Of a stretch of DNA of 64,000 nt, positions 38,101 through 52,022 are shown in pieces. The notes beneath the pieces are model-generated. The model did no database searches, was not told where the DNA came from, and worked only from the letters and a program-made list of their open reading frames with translations. The DNA is taken from contig RSEE01000153.1 in the NCBI GenBank assembly GCA_003971905.1, forward strand, positions 1-64,000, written 5' to 3'. Source of the stretch: Moniliella sp. 'wahieum'. Its lineage: Eukaryota. Position 1 is the stretch's first letter. The number at the start of each line of letters is the position of its first letter. A program made the position numbers and the translations under genes.

Positions 38101-41100
38101 AGGAGCTGCTGCTACAAGGGTACAAGTCGGGTCGCCTCATCGCCGCCATTCCGTTCGTGTGTGCAAGGTGCTGGAGCAGTGCAAAACGAGCACAGTATTC
38201 AAACTGCCCAATCCGTGGTTGACGGCAGTGTTGGCCCTGCTGGTAGAACTCTACCATTATGCGGGTCTCAAGCTCAATCTTAAGTTTGAGATTGAGGTCA
38301 TGTGCAAGGCTCTCGAGATCAACATGGCCGAGCTCGAACCCACCTCACTGCTTGATAATGGTACTGAGGAAGAAGCCGTTGCCCCGACCTCGACCGGACC
38401 GGTCGAACCCATCCCGGAGCCTGTGCTGGAGCAGGACGCTATGTCCTACTCGGCATTGCTGCAAAGCATGTTGCTTCCCTGCCCGAGTTGATCATCATCC
38501 CGCCCACGCTGAACATGTTTGCGACCAACGCGACGTTGAAGCGAATGCTGTGTGTTGCGATCGAACGCGCTGTGCGGGACATTACTCCTCCCGTGGTGGA
38601 GCGCTCGGCCACGATTGGTAACTTATCAGCCAAGGAACTGGTCCTGAAGGACTTTGCCCTTGAGTCGGACCCGGCCAAGTTGTCCCACGCCGCGCACCAG
38701 ATGGCCAAAGATGTGGTGGGGTCGATCGCGTACGTGACGTCGAAGGATCCGCTTCGCACGTCGATGGTCCAGCATGCTCAGCGCATCTTCCTCAATGGCG
38801 GGTTTAATGAGACCTCGCTGCCTGTTGATGCCTTGGCGAGCATTATGAACGAAAATGTTGACATGGCGAGCAAGATGGTTGAGCGGGCGGCGCAATACAA
38901 GGCAGTGTCCGACTTGGATGCGATTCTTGCTCCGCATCTTGCGGCGCGTGCGGACCGGGACCGTATGCCGACCCAGACCAAAGTGTGCACATTGCCTATG
39001 CTTCGGCGCTGCCAGGACTCGCTTCGCCTTCAGCCCGACGGTCTCACTCCAGCGCAGCTGCGGGTGTACGATGACTTTGGTCGGTCTCTTGCCCCTCGCC
39101 CTCGTGCCGCCGACGGGTCATTTGCCTTGCAGCTGTTCAACCGGTTTGGATCCGACTTTGACCGCCTCCTCGTCTTGCCCGTACCGCCAACGGAGAGGAA
39201 GCCACTACACTGGCCCAGCTACCGCCGGACAATGAGCTGCCTACGCTGCTCCTGTCAGTCACGGAGCTTGTCCGGCAGCAGCCCCGCAAAGACGAAACGG
39301 CACCATGTTTGCCTCCAAAGTTGTGGTTCTTGTGGACAACAGTGGAAGACAGGACGCCCGCGCAGGAAAAGCTAGCGACCAATGCGCTGGTCACTCTTCT
39401 CCAGCGTTTGTGTGCCCTCTCGCGCTGCTCAAGGTGAGGTGGCCGCTTGGTTGGTCTACGGGGATGGACAGTGGGATGTGAGGCACGTGCCCTGCATGGT
39501 GGCCTTGATTGAGGATCAGCTGGTCCGTGTCGGCGAGGTGGATACCCAGTGGGCCCAATCGGGCATGGAGAAGGCGGATGTGAACGCTGCCCTGGTCCAG
39601 GCGGCCACCAAGACGGTCGCGACGCGCACCCAGTTGCGTCACATTGTTGCCATGCTTCGTGCCACCTCAGAGGCTGGAAGAGCGAGTGATTCGTAAGTTG
39701 TTCCCTTCCTCTTGTGGATTGTTGACCGACATGTGTCTTTGTAAGCGTTAAATCGGTTATCCACGATGGGCTCTGGCAGCAGATTGGCGAGGCAGCCACG
39801 TTGGACGATCCGGCAGTGCATGAGGTGATGTCAGATTGGTTTGGCCAGTGGGTACTTGCTACGAAGAGGCCGTCAACGTGGACAAGGCTTTTGTCGAATT
39901 TGTTGGCCGTGCGCAGGAAGCTGGGGTCCTCAAGGGTGAAGCCAACACGGCGCACTTCCTCCGCATTTGCACCTACGAGTGCGTCAAGGGCTATGCGCTT
40001 CAAACTATCTGGGTGCCGAACAGAGCCAGACCGTCTACACTCCGATCGACGCCTTGGCCCAGTTGGTGGTGCTGCTGACCACGTTCCATTCGCGCAACCA
40101 GGTGGGCTTGCTGCACAAGATGCTGCTGGTAATTGTATTGGTGTTTGTGGACGTGCATCCGCAGCCGGAGGCGGGCAAGGCTCTCTACCGCCTGTTCAGC
40201 TCCATTCTTCATCTGCTTCAGCAAGCCTCGCCCGGGCTGGGCAACCGCTACGTGTCCTGCCTGGTGGCGGTGGCACAGAGCCTGTTGGCCCTGCAGCCGA
40301 GTCTGTTTGTTGGGTACACTCACAGTTGGATGTCGCTCATCTCGCACCGTACCTTCCTTCCTCATCTTCTCTCTGCCCCTGATGGTCAGGGCTGGGATGC
40401 TTTTACCCGCTGCTGCAGGCCCAAGTTCGCCTCTTGGCCCTTGTCCGTCGTGTCGGCGCACGGGCAGAGACAATCCAGTCGATTTATCTCGGCGCGATCC
40501 GGATCTTTATGCTGCTCTTGCACGATTTCCCAGAGTTCTTGGCTTTCTATGCCATCCCGCTCTGCGATCTGATCCCGCGAGTTTGTCCAGCTGCGCAACG
40601 TGCTTCTCTGTGCCTACCCTCGCCAGCTTCGCCTCCCCGACCCGCTCGACCCAACTGTCGATCTGGCGTTACTGCCCGAGGCTAGGATGGAACCCGCCTC
40701 GGCGCCAGCGACGCTGGAGGCAAACGCAAGCCCCGTTTGGGCTACCGTCAAAGCCCTTCTCGACAAATGCTTTAGCGACGCTACCCCCCCCGCCCCGCTT
40801 GACACGTTGGTGGCCCATCTTGTCAGCATCACAACGATTGCCCCTATCGAGACTGAGGAGCAGGAAGAGGAACAGGCTCTGCTGGTTGTTCAGCCCATCC
40901 TCAATGCCCTGGTTGAAGCGCTGGGCCAACGGGTGGCGGCAGCTCAGGAGGAAGCGACAGCAACCAAGGCCGGGGAGGTCGTGAGCCTGCTCTTGTCCCA
41001 ACTCGACCCGCATCGCTCTACCTTTTGCTTTCGGCACTGGCCAACCAGCTGCGCTTCCCCTCGGCCTCAATGCAGTTTGCCTCGACGCTGTTCGTCCGTC

Positions 41101-41370
41101 TCTTTGCTGCCCCGCCTGCTGGCTCGACCCCGAGGCGTCCGACGTGCCTGCCCAAGTCCAAGGCCAGATCCTCCGCGTCCTGCTCGAGGGATTGTGGTCA
41201 TGCGCCACCCTTGGGGACGCTGTACACCATGGCGCGCCTGTTGCGCGCCCAGCCCCCGGCGCTACAGGTCCCGGTGCCGGGTGAGATTGCGCGGATCCTC
41301 GACAACATTAAGGGCACCCTCGCTGTGTCCTACCCCTCTCCGGCCCCGGCCGGCCCAGGCTTAGCTGCGT
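35186..41370 (+). CDS. NOT1: CCR4-NOT scaffold subunit Not1; start and stop approximate, frameshifted as assembled
   Basis: FVFELANLA, CLQVHPRLMNL, LGIAIRYVLDALRKPP, DKILFLVNNL, WFAHYLVLQRVSIEPNNH, LKNLASWLGSLTLARNIPI, LKLNLKFEIEV, PPVVERSATI, LLLHDFPEFL, HPWG. Confidence 0.92.
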
Positions 41371-41802
41371 TAGCTTCCCCCCACCCCCCACCCCTTCTCC
41401 CCCCACACCTTCCATGTCCGTATGAGAGCAAAGGTTGGCCCGACTGGGCTCTGTACTCTACCGGTCTTGTCCGCCCATGGCCGCGCCCTGTGCTCTGTAA
41501 ACCCCAGCATTTGCTGCCCCCTGCCTGGGTGAGTTGCATCGCAATCGATTCTGAGAAAGATTTGGCCGTCTCCATGCCTGGCTCACGCGGAGAGAGAGAG
41601 CCGCAGGGGAGACGAAAACTGAGCACTCACTAGTCCCTGAGCCCTCTGGCTCAAACCCAACGGAGACGCTGCTGGTAATGGGGTTGTAATTAACCAGCAT
41701 GAGCGCCTGAGCCCTGGGTCGGCATCGACGTGCCGATGCCACGCTTGACGGGTGACCCCTCTTCCCGACCACGACAGGAGCGAGCCGTGACTCATGTTAA
41801 TG

Positions 41803-41853
41803 AGCAGCGAATAGCGAACAGCGAGCAGCGAATCGCGAACAGCGAACGGCGAG
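41803..41853. repeat. Non-palindromic heptamer tandem array (AGCGAAY-like, about seven units)
   Basis: agcgaat agcgaac agcgagc agcgaat cgcgaac agcgaac ggcgagc. Confidence 0.8.
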
Positions 41854-42499
41854 CATGATGCACATGATCCATGACGGATGTATGACACGCGCGTGACGCG
41901 TGACGACGCCACCAGCCGATTCAATAACGGAGAGGGCCGTGCGATCGACGATCGCTGATGTCCAGTAGTGCCTCGCCTATGAAAACGAGAAATGATTAAT
42001 GATCGTGGATTGGGCTTGTACACCACAAAGACGTTCTCTCGTCCACGTAAACGAGAAGGCGCACTACTCATCAATTCGCGCTTAACCACCAACTCATCTT
42101 GAGGGTGCCGGGTGCCCGGATCACCGGGTCTTGAATACTGCGAGTCGACACGTGTCAAAAGAACCTTCCATGAGATTGTCCTCTGCAAGCTTCACACATT
42201 CTCCGCGGGGGGCAACAAACTACATTCGTATGGAAGTCTGCAATAAATAATGCCAAGGGCACTGCAGGGTTTTAGTGTCCATTAAAGAGGGATGCATGAT
42301 ACCGGGTTGAAGGAAGAACATGGTGATAAGGAATAGCACAGCAGGAAACGCAACTAGAGTAAATGGAAAAGCTAATGCAGCACAGTAGCACGCAGTAGCA
42401 CGCAGTAGCACAGAGAGAGGCAACGAGGGACTGAACCAGTTGGGGGAAACATTGCGAAACAAGGGAAAGGGATGAATGAGGGATGTTGGGTGTACATGA

Positions 42500-45246
42500 T
42501 TACTCTTGGTGATCCTGCTCATCGGCCTTGGGGATCCGAAGCAGAAGAATGGCGAGGAAGAAGGCAAGCAGAGAGGCAGCCAGGTCGAACCACCAAGCGC
42601 CATGAAGCGAAGAGAGCATCGTTCCCGTGCCATGCAGTTGGTGGTGGCCTGGACCCATCCAAGTTGAGCCCACCGCTCCGACATTGCGGATGTCGGGTGT
42701 GAGAGAGAGCATGTCATGTTCCTCTCCTTGATTTGGTCCGCCACCGTTTCGGTAAAGGCAGTGCCTGCACTTCCCGCCAAACTCTGCACCGTCAGCAGCA
42801 TCGAACCAGCAACGCCTTGGTACTTGCGGGACACGGCGCTGGTGATGAAGATGGAAGCCGAAGCAAAGCTCAAGTCGGGGAGAGGGTCCCAATGGCCACA
42901 GCAGGCATGCCGAGCGCCCAGTAGGTTGTCCATGGTTTGTTGGCGATAAACATGCCTGGGGCAATTGCAGATGCCAAACAGCCGGCTCCCATCATCCAAT
43001 GCCCAGGCACCATATGGAACAGGCGAGCGACAAAGAAAGTCGCTACCACCCCCACGGTAGAAGCCGGAATGAAGTAAAGGGCGACAATCAAGGCAGAGCG
43101 GCCTTGGATCCAAAGCCAAAACTGACATGCGTAGAACTGGTAAGCAGTAAAGCTACCGAAGCTGAGGCCGTAGGTCAAGATGACGTAGCCAAAGCCTTTC
43201 ACCTTCCAAAGTTCATTTGGTACAAGCGGCTGCTCGACCTTGCTCTCAACCCAAGGGAAAAGGGCCAAGAGGGCAATGCCGCCGATCAAGGTCCATAGGT
43301 GTCAGGAGCCCAGTTGGAACTGCTGCCTTGCGTCAAGCCAAAGATAACCAATGCTGACCCAGCAATGGCGATCGCCGATCCTAGGTAATCGAACTTGCGC
43401 TTTGGTTCGTTCTTCTCCTTCTCGACGTAAGAAGCGATAGTGTGGCCCTGGGTAATGGCCTCGTACTGGCGCAGTGTTGTGTCCGTCGGGGAGTACTTCC
43501 ACGCCAACGCAAAGACCAAGAAACAGAAGATCGCGTTCGACCCGAACCACCAATCGATCCTCTTGGCCAAGGCACCGCCCTCGATGGCCCCGATAAAGTA
43601 ACCAATGGGAGCTTGGGCGCCCATAAGGGAGAAGATACGATTCTTGCGCTGGCCCGAACGGTAAATCCGGCCGAGATAGCTGATCGAGCTACTGGTGAGG
43701 CCACCGGTGGCGAGGCCTTGGAATGCACGGATGAAAAGAAAGGCTATAGTGCCTTGGGTGTGCTTGCCCAACGCTGCACCAACGACATTGACCAAAGTGA
43801 GGAATGCAAGGGAAGATGTAATCACACTCCGAGGTCCAAAGATGTCAGCCAAAGCGCCCGAGATTGTGACGCTCAAGCCGTTGGCCAAAAGGTAAGAGCC
43901 GGTAAGCTGCCCAAGAGATGAAGAGTGGTCAGTACATCATGATCGTCAAGGGATGATGGGAAAACATACCCAAGGTGCTTGAGAGGGGGCCATGTTGAAC
44001 GTGTGCTCGACCAGCTCGCGTTGAAGAATGGTGATGGATCCCAACAAAGATTGGAACAGGAACTGGCCGCTCGAGCAAACCATTACAAACAAAATTTCAG
44101 CCGTAAGCGAAGGCAACAAGATGGGACGGCCTTGGGCTTGCGATGAACGCTTCGAGTCCAATTCTCCTTCCGATTTGCTCAGCACATCAACCGCCGATGT
44201 TTGAGCGGTGGAGGTCTCAGCCTCCAACACATCGACGGACAGAGACGGACCAGAAAGCTCGGACTTGGAGCGAATCAAGTTCTCTGCCGACTGAAACTCC
44301 TCAGGATGGAAGGTTACCGGTTCGAAGAACTCGACGAGACGCCTGAACCAACTGCGCTTGGGTGAATGGTAGCCAGCACGGGACAGGTCGGCGCTGTTGT
44401 GTCCCTCGTGTGCCCACGAATTGACAGAGATGGGAACGTCATGCTTGGACGAACGCCGTCGCATGGAAGATTGGACCTGGAAATCCGCAGCCCACGCATC
44501 GGCACCAGGAGCACCAGAGCGTGGGTGGTGCTCGTGGAGCTCAATGTGGTCCGGCACATAGTCTTCCAACTCGTCGGCATCGTCTTCGAACGCTGATTCG
44601 AGGTTGCTCGAGGAGAGTTTGGACGAGTTGGACAGACCCCGAATCATGTTGGGCCTGGTGTCCTTCGGCGGGATAACTGGCTCAACAAAGGCCAGGGTAC
44701 GCTCGCTCACTCCCCGACTGAAGGGGGGCGGGCACCAGAGTATCCGTCAAATGACGAGGCGCGGGAGCTGGGCGTCGACTTTTCCTTCTAACCTCGAGCT
44801 CGCCCACCACAGTGCGACCCGTGTTGGCCCGACTGAGTGGGGGGCGGCGGGGTAGATCCAACTTGACCATACTGGACGAAGGGGTGTTCAAGGCGCGGGA
44901 ACGGTCGTCGGGCAGAAAGAGGGTCGTCTCCGACGCAGCGCGGCTCATGGCTGGACGCCTCATATCGTACGACGGCCGTGGGGATGATGGGTTGGAGGAG
45001 GGATCAAACGTGATGACCCGGCGGCCAGCGCCAGTGCTAGTACCCAAGCTACTTCCACGGCTCATGAGCTGAGTAGAGTAAAGGTCAGCCCCTTCCGGGG
45101 GTGTGGGCGGACGCGAGGAAGCACCCAACGGGTCGTGGAGACCGGGGTGTTGCGGCCAGAAGAGGAATAGGCCAGTGCGCGACTTGGCGGGCGAGGGGAA
45201 GCATCATGTCCTTTGCCACGGGGCTGGGTGGAGTGGAGAACGACAT
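42500..45246 (-). CDS. MFS drug:H+ antiporter (DHA2/Atr1-like) with a long disordered N-terminus
   Basis: AEILFVMVCS, SGALADIFGPR, FIRAFQGL, YRSGQRKNRIFSLMGAQAPIG, FDYLGS, EQPLVPNELWK, ASIFITSAVSRKYQGVAG; an intron near 43910-43970. Confidence 0.87.
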
Positions 45247-45889
45247 TGCCCGTTGTTGACAGCAATTATCGAGCACTGGTGGTGGGAACGGATGGGAGGG
45301 GGGAAGAAAAAATTGGATTTGCCACGAGCCGTCGGTCCTTTTCAATCCCCGACGAGGGGGGAGGGGCATGTAGGCGCACAGATAGTTAGTAGACGGGTGT
45401 GTGGCGGCGACCAAGGAAAAGCGAGGCGTGAGGGGTCCAGAGCACAGATTCCAGCACCTGCCGAGTGTGTAAAGATGGGGCCCAATAGTGGCTTGTGCAT
45501 GGCTGCCGCGTGCGCTGTTCAACGTTCGACGTTGAACGCTCCCGTTCGGCGGCCAGGTGGAACCAACCGAACAAAAGCACTGAGCGCAGGATGCGGCTGT
45601 GAGGCGCTTGACGCGTGAGGAAGACTGAGGTGAGGGCACTGGGGGCACGTCGCAAGCGCTGCCCACCCCCGCCGTGCCGTCGGGAGTGGTGCAGTACAGT
45701 CATCGCTGCCGGCGGGATCAGAGCAGCCTGGGGGCCGGCGTGGAGGAAAAAACGGGGAAAAAAAATATGACTGTGCTACCCCGCTGGGCGGCGATGCACA
45801 GTTTGAAATGACAGGACAGCACGCTCGGCAGGCACGAGCGCAGTGCGGTGCAGCTGGTCGGCCCTCCTGCATCCTGCCGGGGCACCGCA

Positions 45890-46850
45890 AGTGGGTCGTC
45901 ACGCGTCATGCGCCATGTGTCATATAACATCATGCATCGAGCATCAGCATCACGTGTCATGCGTCACGCGTCACATGTGGCCATTGCATTACACATAATC
46001 ACACGTCATGTTCATACGTCACATGCACATGCGTCACGCGTCACGGACGCGTTCATCACCCGGTCACCTTCTCCAGCAAAATCCACGAAGGCATTGTCTC
46101 CACCCTTCTCCACCACAATCCAAGACTGCTGCCGTCGGCTGCCGTCGCTCGGTCTTGCTCCGTCCGCCTTGTACCCGGTGTTCGTTGCACGTTGTGCCCG
46201 CCGCTTGGAACAAACATCACCTCTCCGCAGGCATGCCGGGGCAGATATAGTAGCGTTAGTACTTACATGTTACAGTGGAGTGCAGCAACTAGTATTAAAA
46301 CGCCACACGAAGATGCCCACGGGGCAACACACTTCACCTGCACATGTCACACCGCACCTGATCGCCTGAGCGCCTGAGCGCACCAATAGTCTTGAAGGAC
46401 TTGAGCACAACCTTACTTCCCTTCTCTCTTTCAGTGGCCACTTGGCCACCCTCATAGCCTCGGCCTCATGCGTCAAGAATTACGAAGGTTGAACGTTGAA
46501 TTGAGACCGGCTAAGCGCTAATCGGGCTAACTAGTCGTCCAGCGTCCGACGCTTGATTTGCGTGACTGGGCGACAGATGCATGAAGGTTTGCGTGATCGT
46601 GACATCGATTGTCTCGATCATGCATCATGCCATCTATCATACATCAGTAATCGATCCCTATAGTCCTTTGACGCCCACCTACGGGATACTAACGGTGTAC
46701 TGATGCAGATGAGTACACGCTGAGTACTTGTCAGGCAGACAGCAGCCCACGTTAGACGCGTAAGTCCCTGAGGCTTGGGGCTCCGGCCTAAGGCCTATAC
46801 TAGTAACTAGTAATGCGTACTAACCCGAGCGTATCGCGTAATAACGCGCA
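45890..46850. repeat. Patches of symmetric heptamers (CGTCACG, CATCATG, TGTCACA, GTTGAAC, AGTAACT types) upstream of the MFS gene
   Basis: gcgtcacgcgtcac at 45961 and 46031; gttgaacgttgaa near 46490; actagtaactagt near 46800. Confidence 0.8.
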
Positions 46851-49800
46851 ATCAAAAATACCACGCAGACATCAGAAAGCAGCGAACGTCCGGGAGCGTC
46901 TACGTGGGGAATGCAGAGAACTTCTGCGCACCCGCGTTACCGGCGTTATCTACTGCGCAACGTCTGTGTGGATACTCATACTGTGATGCCCAGATGCATG
47001 AAAGAGCAGGCAAGAGTTCGTGGTACCATTAGTATTTGAAAGAATCTCGTTGAGATACGAGACCTGAGATCTGAGAGTACAACTTGTACGTACTTTGTGG
47101 GTACCGGATATACATATGTTTGTGGACATGGATGTTTCAAGAGCGGTGCGGAGAATGTGACACAGTTAATTGCTCCGAACAATGAAATTCATCTTCGGGA
47201 AATTGCCGCCAACGCAGTTCGCACGAGACTACCAACGTATCAAAACGCAATTCATGTCTCTTTCACATTGTCACAGCAAACAGCCCCTTTAAGCTTTATC
47301 GCCCTCCGGCAGCCTCGGCCACGGTGGTAATAAGTTTCGAGAACCCGTGCACTATCTCGCTCTCTGATATCTGAATCGTGTATAGGGTTATCTGACCGGT
47401 GAGGCCACCGATCACGTAATAATTGTCCTGAATATATCTGAGTCTCTCAGTATACCAACCTACCGGGGCTCGCCGTCGCCCTGTGGGGACCAGGGTGAGC
47501 CTGTTGGCTTAATCTGAGGCCTAGCAGGTCCTAGCAGTGACCTATTAGCTTCTTGAAGGTTCGGCATTCCAGCCTGCATTATAAATGAAGCTTGAGCGAC
47601 AAGCGTGGGACGATAGAACCTGTGATGAGACCTGGAGTCTTGATAGTCCTCGAAGGTGATGCAATCGCACTGGTGGTGGTGGTGTGGCAACCAGCAATGC
47701 CTACAGAGGAACATCAAGCAGCGAGTCCCCATCAGGGGCTAAGCTGCAGGACAATGAGAAAAAACAGGAGAGGGAAAACAGCGGAACTCCTAGGCCTGTG
47801 AGGAAGAACTGAAGGGGCATTGTTGGCCAAAGGCACGAGCCACCCAGCTCAACAGAACCTCCCCAAAGTACTACACGGCCAAGAGATGAGATCCGCTCGT
47901 TTTGGCTTTTCAAAGCTTGAATAATTTGGATTTATGGACGCAATACCTGAAGAAGTGAGATCTGACTTGAGCTTCCGGATCTGAGCATCAGATCAAGACC
48001 CGTCAACCCCCCCCACATCCGCCGCGGTGCTCCTCCGCACAGTGTGAATCACCGGCGGGCACTGTCAGGGGCCTGTTCGGGGGGAGGTTAGAGGTACAAT
48101 CCCTTGGAAGCCCTAAGGTCCTCAACTCATGGTGTATAGTTACGTCCTTGAGCTGATCAGATTGGTGTGTCCAAGCGGGGCTAGAGGAATGGCCTCTCGG
48201 CGTATAGATAGTAGAGGAGGCTGCAGGTCTGCAAAATGCTGCGTAGCACAGGCTTTTGCGCAGTAGCAGCGTTGTGTCTGAAGCATCCGGGGATAACGGA
48301 CAGGAAGTGGCAGCGGAGGACAAACACTGCCAGAGCTGGAGCTGGGCTGTGACTGGAGGTGGCGCGGCTGGAAAAGGGACCCATGCGGCGGATGGACTTG
48401 GTTTGGAGCGAAAATGGCACACGCGGCTTGGTTGGCTGAGAAACTAAGAGGGGAATAGGGGAGCTATAGGACAATTAAAGGTCGAGGGGCGGGAAGGAAC
48501 TAAGAGGAGAAGTTGCCTGCACTGTGGGTTGATCGATCATTGGCGAGAGACATAGTAGAGGGGGGGACACCCAAATGGACCGTGGCGAAATACCACGAAC
48601 CATTGCTTACAGGCGGGGACTAATAGGGAACAAGACAATAGAGGAAGAACGGGGGACAGGAGGAAAAAAGAGGAACGGTTTTTGCCGCACGGGCAACCTA
48701 GAGAGTCAAGGTAAACGGGAGGGCCCCCTTTCGTCGCAAGGAGACTGACAATTCGGTAACCATGCGGTGGCTATACTATCGATTTACTTGGGCAAAAGGA
48801 CTATTTTCGCACGGATAGGTAGGACTGGTGGTCTAGGTGATAGCACTGTTCTTGCGCAGGCCGCCGCGAGCTCGCATCCGATCCGGTCCGATTCGATCCT
48901 CACACGCCTTACTGAGCAGGCATTATCATATCGATCCACAATCTGCTCTCACCTTTTACTCCAACAAGGACGAGACGGCATAACTGTTGGCCATCCAACC
49001 AACTTGAGGTCGGAGCCAGAAACTTAGGCTCCGCTGGGCTTTTTCTACAGTCCGTTTTTGCCTGTGACGCAGTGGACCATCAGCGGAACCGAGAGAGTCG
49101 AGTATGCACAACAACTGACGCGTCGGTCGCGTGGGGGTTCAATGCGTCTCAGTGCCATCACACGCATATTGCTACTCATACAACACATTCGACGCTGTTC
49201 TGCCACTCTCGCCTTCATATTCTGCCTTGGACGAAGTCCTTCCTGGGTTCGACGATTCTTTGATTTGGGTTTCCTCATCCAAGGCCAACTCCCCCCCAAA
49301 AAAAGTGGGAAAAAAATGCCTCCTAGCCGAATCGAACGACTAATCTTCGCATTACGAGTGCGACGCCTTACCATTGAGCCAAAGAGGCGCATGCATCCAC
49401 ATATCAACAGTAGAATCCACTAATCCCCCCAACTCCCCTCACCGTAGACCATACCCCTCTTCCACTTCTCTTGCGCATGACATGGTGCGGTAGTATTCTT
49501 CGTTCACTGGAGAAGATACAGAGGGGGAGACAAAAAGCTAGTCTGAGACCGGAACTGGGGCGGGACCCTGGATTGATGGAGCTGAGACTGTGGAGTTGAG
49601 ACTGAAAGCTCTAGATATATAGGGCGTCACAGGCAAAAAGGGAGCGCGAGTAATAGGTTCAGCCAGGCTTTTGGTCGTTGGACATACTATCGACGTTAAG
49701 CTTCTGCCAGCACCGGCCAAGGTTAGAGCTCGATGTCAGGAAAAGTGAGATGGAGGAAAGGGAGCAGATGGATCGGATACATATATAGACGGAGGACTAG

Positions 49801-51225
49801 GGGTATATGTTGATATCAGAAGGAGACGAGGGCACAGTCGAGAGTGGACACAACAGGTTCTTCCAATTGATGAGAATCACGCCATATGTGGTTCCCATAC
49901 GGGCCTAATGGGCAAAGAACCCCCTAGCACGGCGTGAGCCTGACACAGGGACAGGACGCTTGGTACCCCCCTCCTTTCTTCGGTGATTGGGCATGCCATT
50001 GAAAGGGGCTCTCGCCGCATGCCCCTCCTTCCTTCGAGCGTCCCGACTACTAAGTCGAACAACCCTGGCATGTATTGGACGAGAGATGACGACGAGGTGA
50101 CTTGCGGAGCTCTTCATAAGTATCACGGGGCGACCATTGAATCGCCTTGCACATCCACCTCCACTTCCTTATCGTCGCTCTCGCTTTTCGGTTTCTCTCT
50201 CTATTATCACTACTCAAGTTCTCTATATCTTTCGCTATCGCTCGCTATCGTGACTCGGATTCTTCGCCCATCTACAAAACCCATAACAATTGTCTGTTCT
50301 TCACTCGCGCTCGTCTCAATTCCAAAACACTACACATGGTTTCAACTCGGTTTCTCGCCTCGTTTCTCGTCTCGGGTCCGCATTGCCATTGACCCATGCT
50401 TCTTCTCTCACCTCGTGCATCTCGTGCTTGGTCCCCACTTCTCCCTGTTGACTCGTTTCCCTGTTTAGCTGTTTCGCCGTAGACCTGTTGGTCTTTTCTT
50501 TGTCCCCATTCTCTTCTTTCAAACCTGCCTGTTCTTATATATTCAACTGTGATAGCCCAAGCCGCCCACACCATCATTCTTTTCCGCTCACTCTTCTTCT
50601 ATGCGAGCTCCACTCTAGAATAACCACCTTTTCGATCAGCTCGCTTGCTCCTACTCGCCCATCGGAGATCCACGCTTTCCCTCCCGGCCCCTAACGTGCG
50701 CCCTCCTTTGCAGACGCTGCGTGGATCTGCCCGACGAACGGAAACGCAGTATTCGCGACCGTCCTATACGTTCACGCCAGTATTCGTTGTGGACTTTGGA
50801 TATGAAACACATTCAGTCCTGGTGAGTCTATCTCCTTTGGGCAGGGAAGGTGAGTCTTATCTCCAATGGGCAGGGAAAGTCTCCGCCTGGGAAGTCAGCA
50901 ACCCCCCGTTACAATCAGGAGACATACTGTAGCCGCGGCTCCATTTGCCCGTAGTAACAGAGTCTGAATACGCGCTCTATTAATTGTGTGGCGGCAGGTC
51001 CGGTTGTGGCGCTTGTTGTAGTACACCATGCACATTGTAATCAACTCGTGTGTTTATGGGTTGTGCGAGAGTCTATGTTCCTATGAGAGCAGAGGTAAAG
51101 GTTACGCGGGAGTCAAAAGGGGGCTCTGTTAATTCACGAGAAAACAAAAGCCGGGTAATGTGTGCGTTTGTTTTAAGTAATACCGAAACAGCCGAACGCC
51201 ATCCAAAATGGTGCACCCGAATGTG

Positions 51226-52022
51226 CTACAGCTCGGTGCGGCACATGGGACAGGAACAGTTCTTCGCCAGCCATGGCATGATGCAGTCATGGTGAAATAT
51301 ATGCCCGCAGGGCAAAACGTGCCTTTAGTATCAACTTCCGAAGAGGGGGGCCGTGTTGGAGAAGCAGAGGTTGCCGTGTTAAGAATGGTGTTGAAAGCGG
51401 ACGGTTGAGGGGTAGGAGGAAGCGAGGCTTCATATTGGTCCTGCAATTGCTCCCATTCATCGGCTTCAAGCATTTGCACATCCCCCTGGTAATCGGTCCT
51501 TGGCTGTTGCGGAAATGAAAGTGTGTTGGATGGCTGCTTGGATGGGCTTATTACAGGGTTGGCCAGAACGTCGGTAACCGTGGGCCAATCCTCCAAGCAG
51601 ATCGAACATGATCCCGTGTTTTTGGTTCCACTAGGTTGGAATAATGGGAAGCGAAGGTCCACATTCGTTTTCAGGCGACAATGTGGCTCCCGTTGAAACC
51701 GGCGCCGTTCTCGTTTCTCCCAACAGCTTGCCCGCTGCCCAGCGGTTGAGAGCGCGTTGGGCCCACGAATAGTAATGCTCCCCAAGCCAACTTCTTCTTC
51801 TTCTTCGGCTTCTTCAAGCAGGTCCGAAATGATAGGCTGGCCTCGTAAAGCCCATAAGGCTCGGCGAGCGTAGTCACATGAGGGGGGCCAGTCAATAGGT
51901 TGGCCGAGCAGCATCGGCATAGGACGCCGACCGTGCCTCGTAAGTAGAAATAGACTTGGACAACTGCTGTGTGCTGGCACACGAAACACCATGGTGGGGT
52001 CTGGGAGGCGGGAGGGCTCCAT
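51226..52022 (-). CDS. RING-H2 finger protein (putative E3 ubiquitin ligase) with a long insertion inside the RING
   Basis: CSICLED near 51600, then (after about 95 codons and one frameshift) [33 protein letters not shown] at 51226. Confidence 0.7.
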
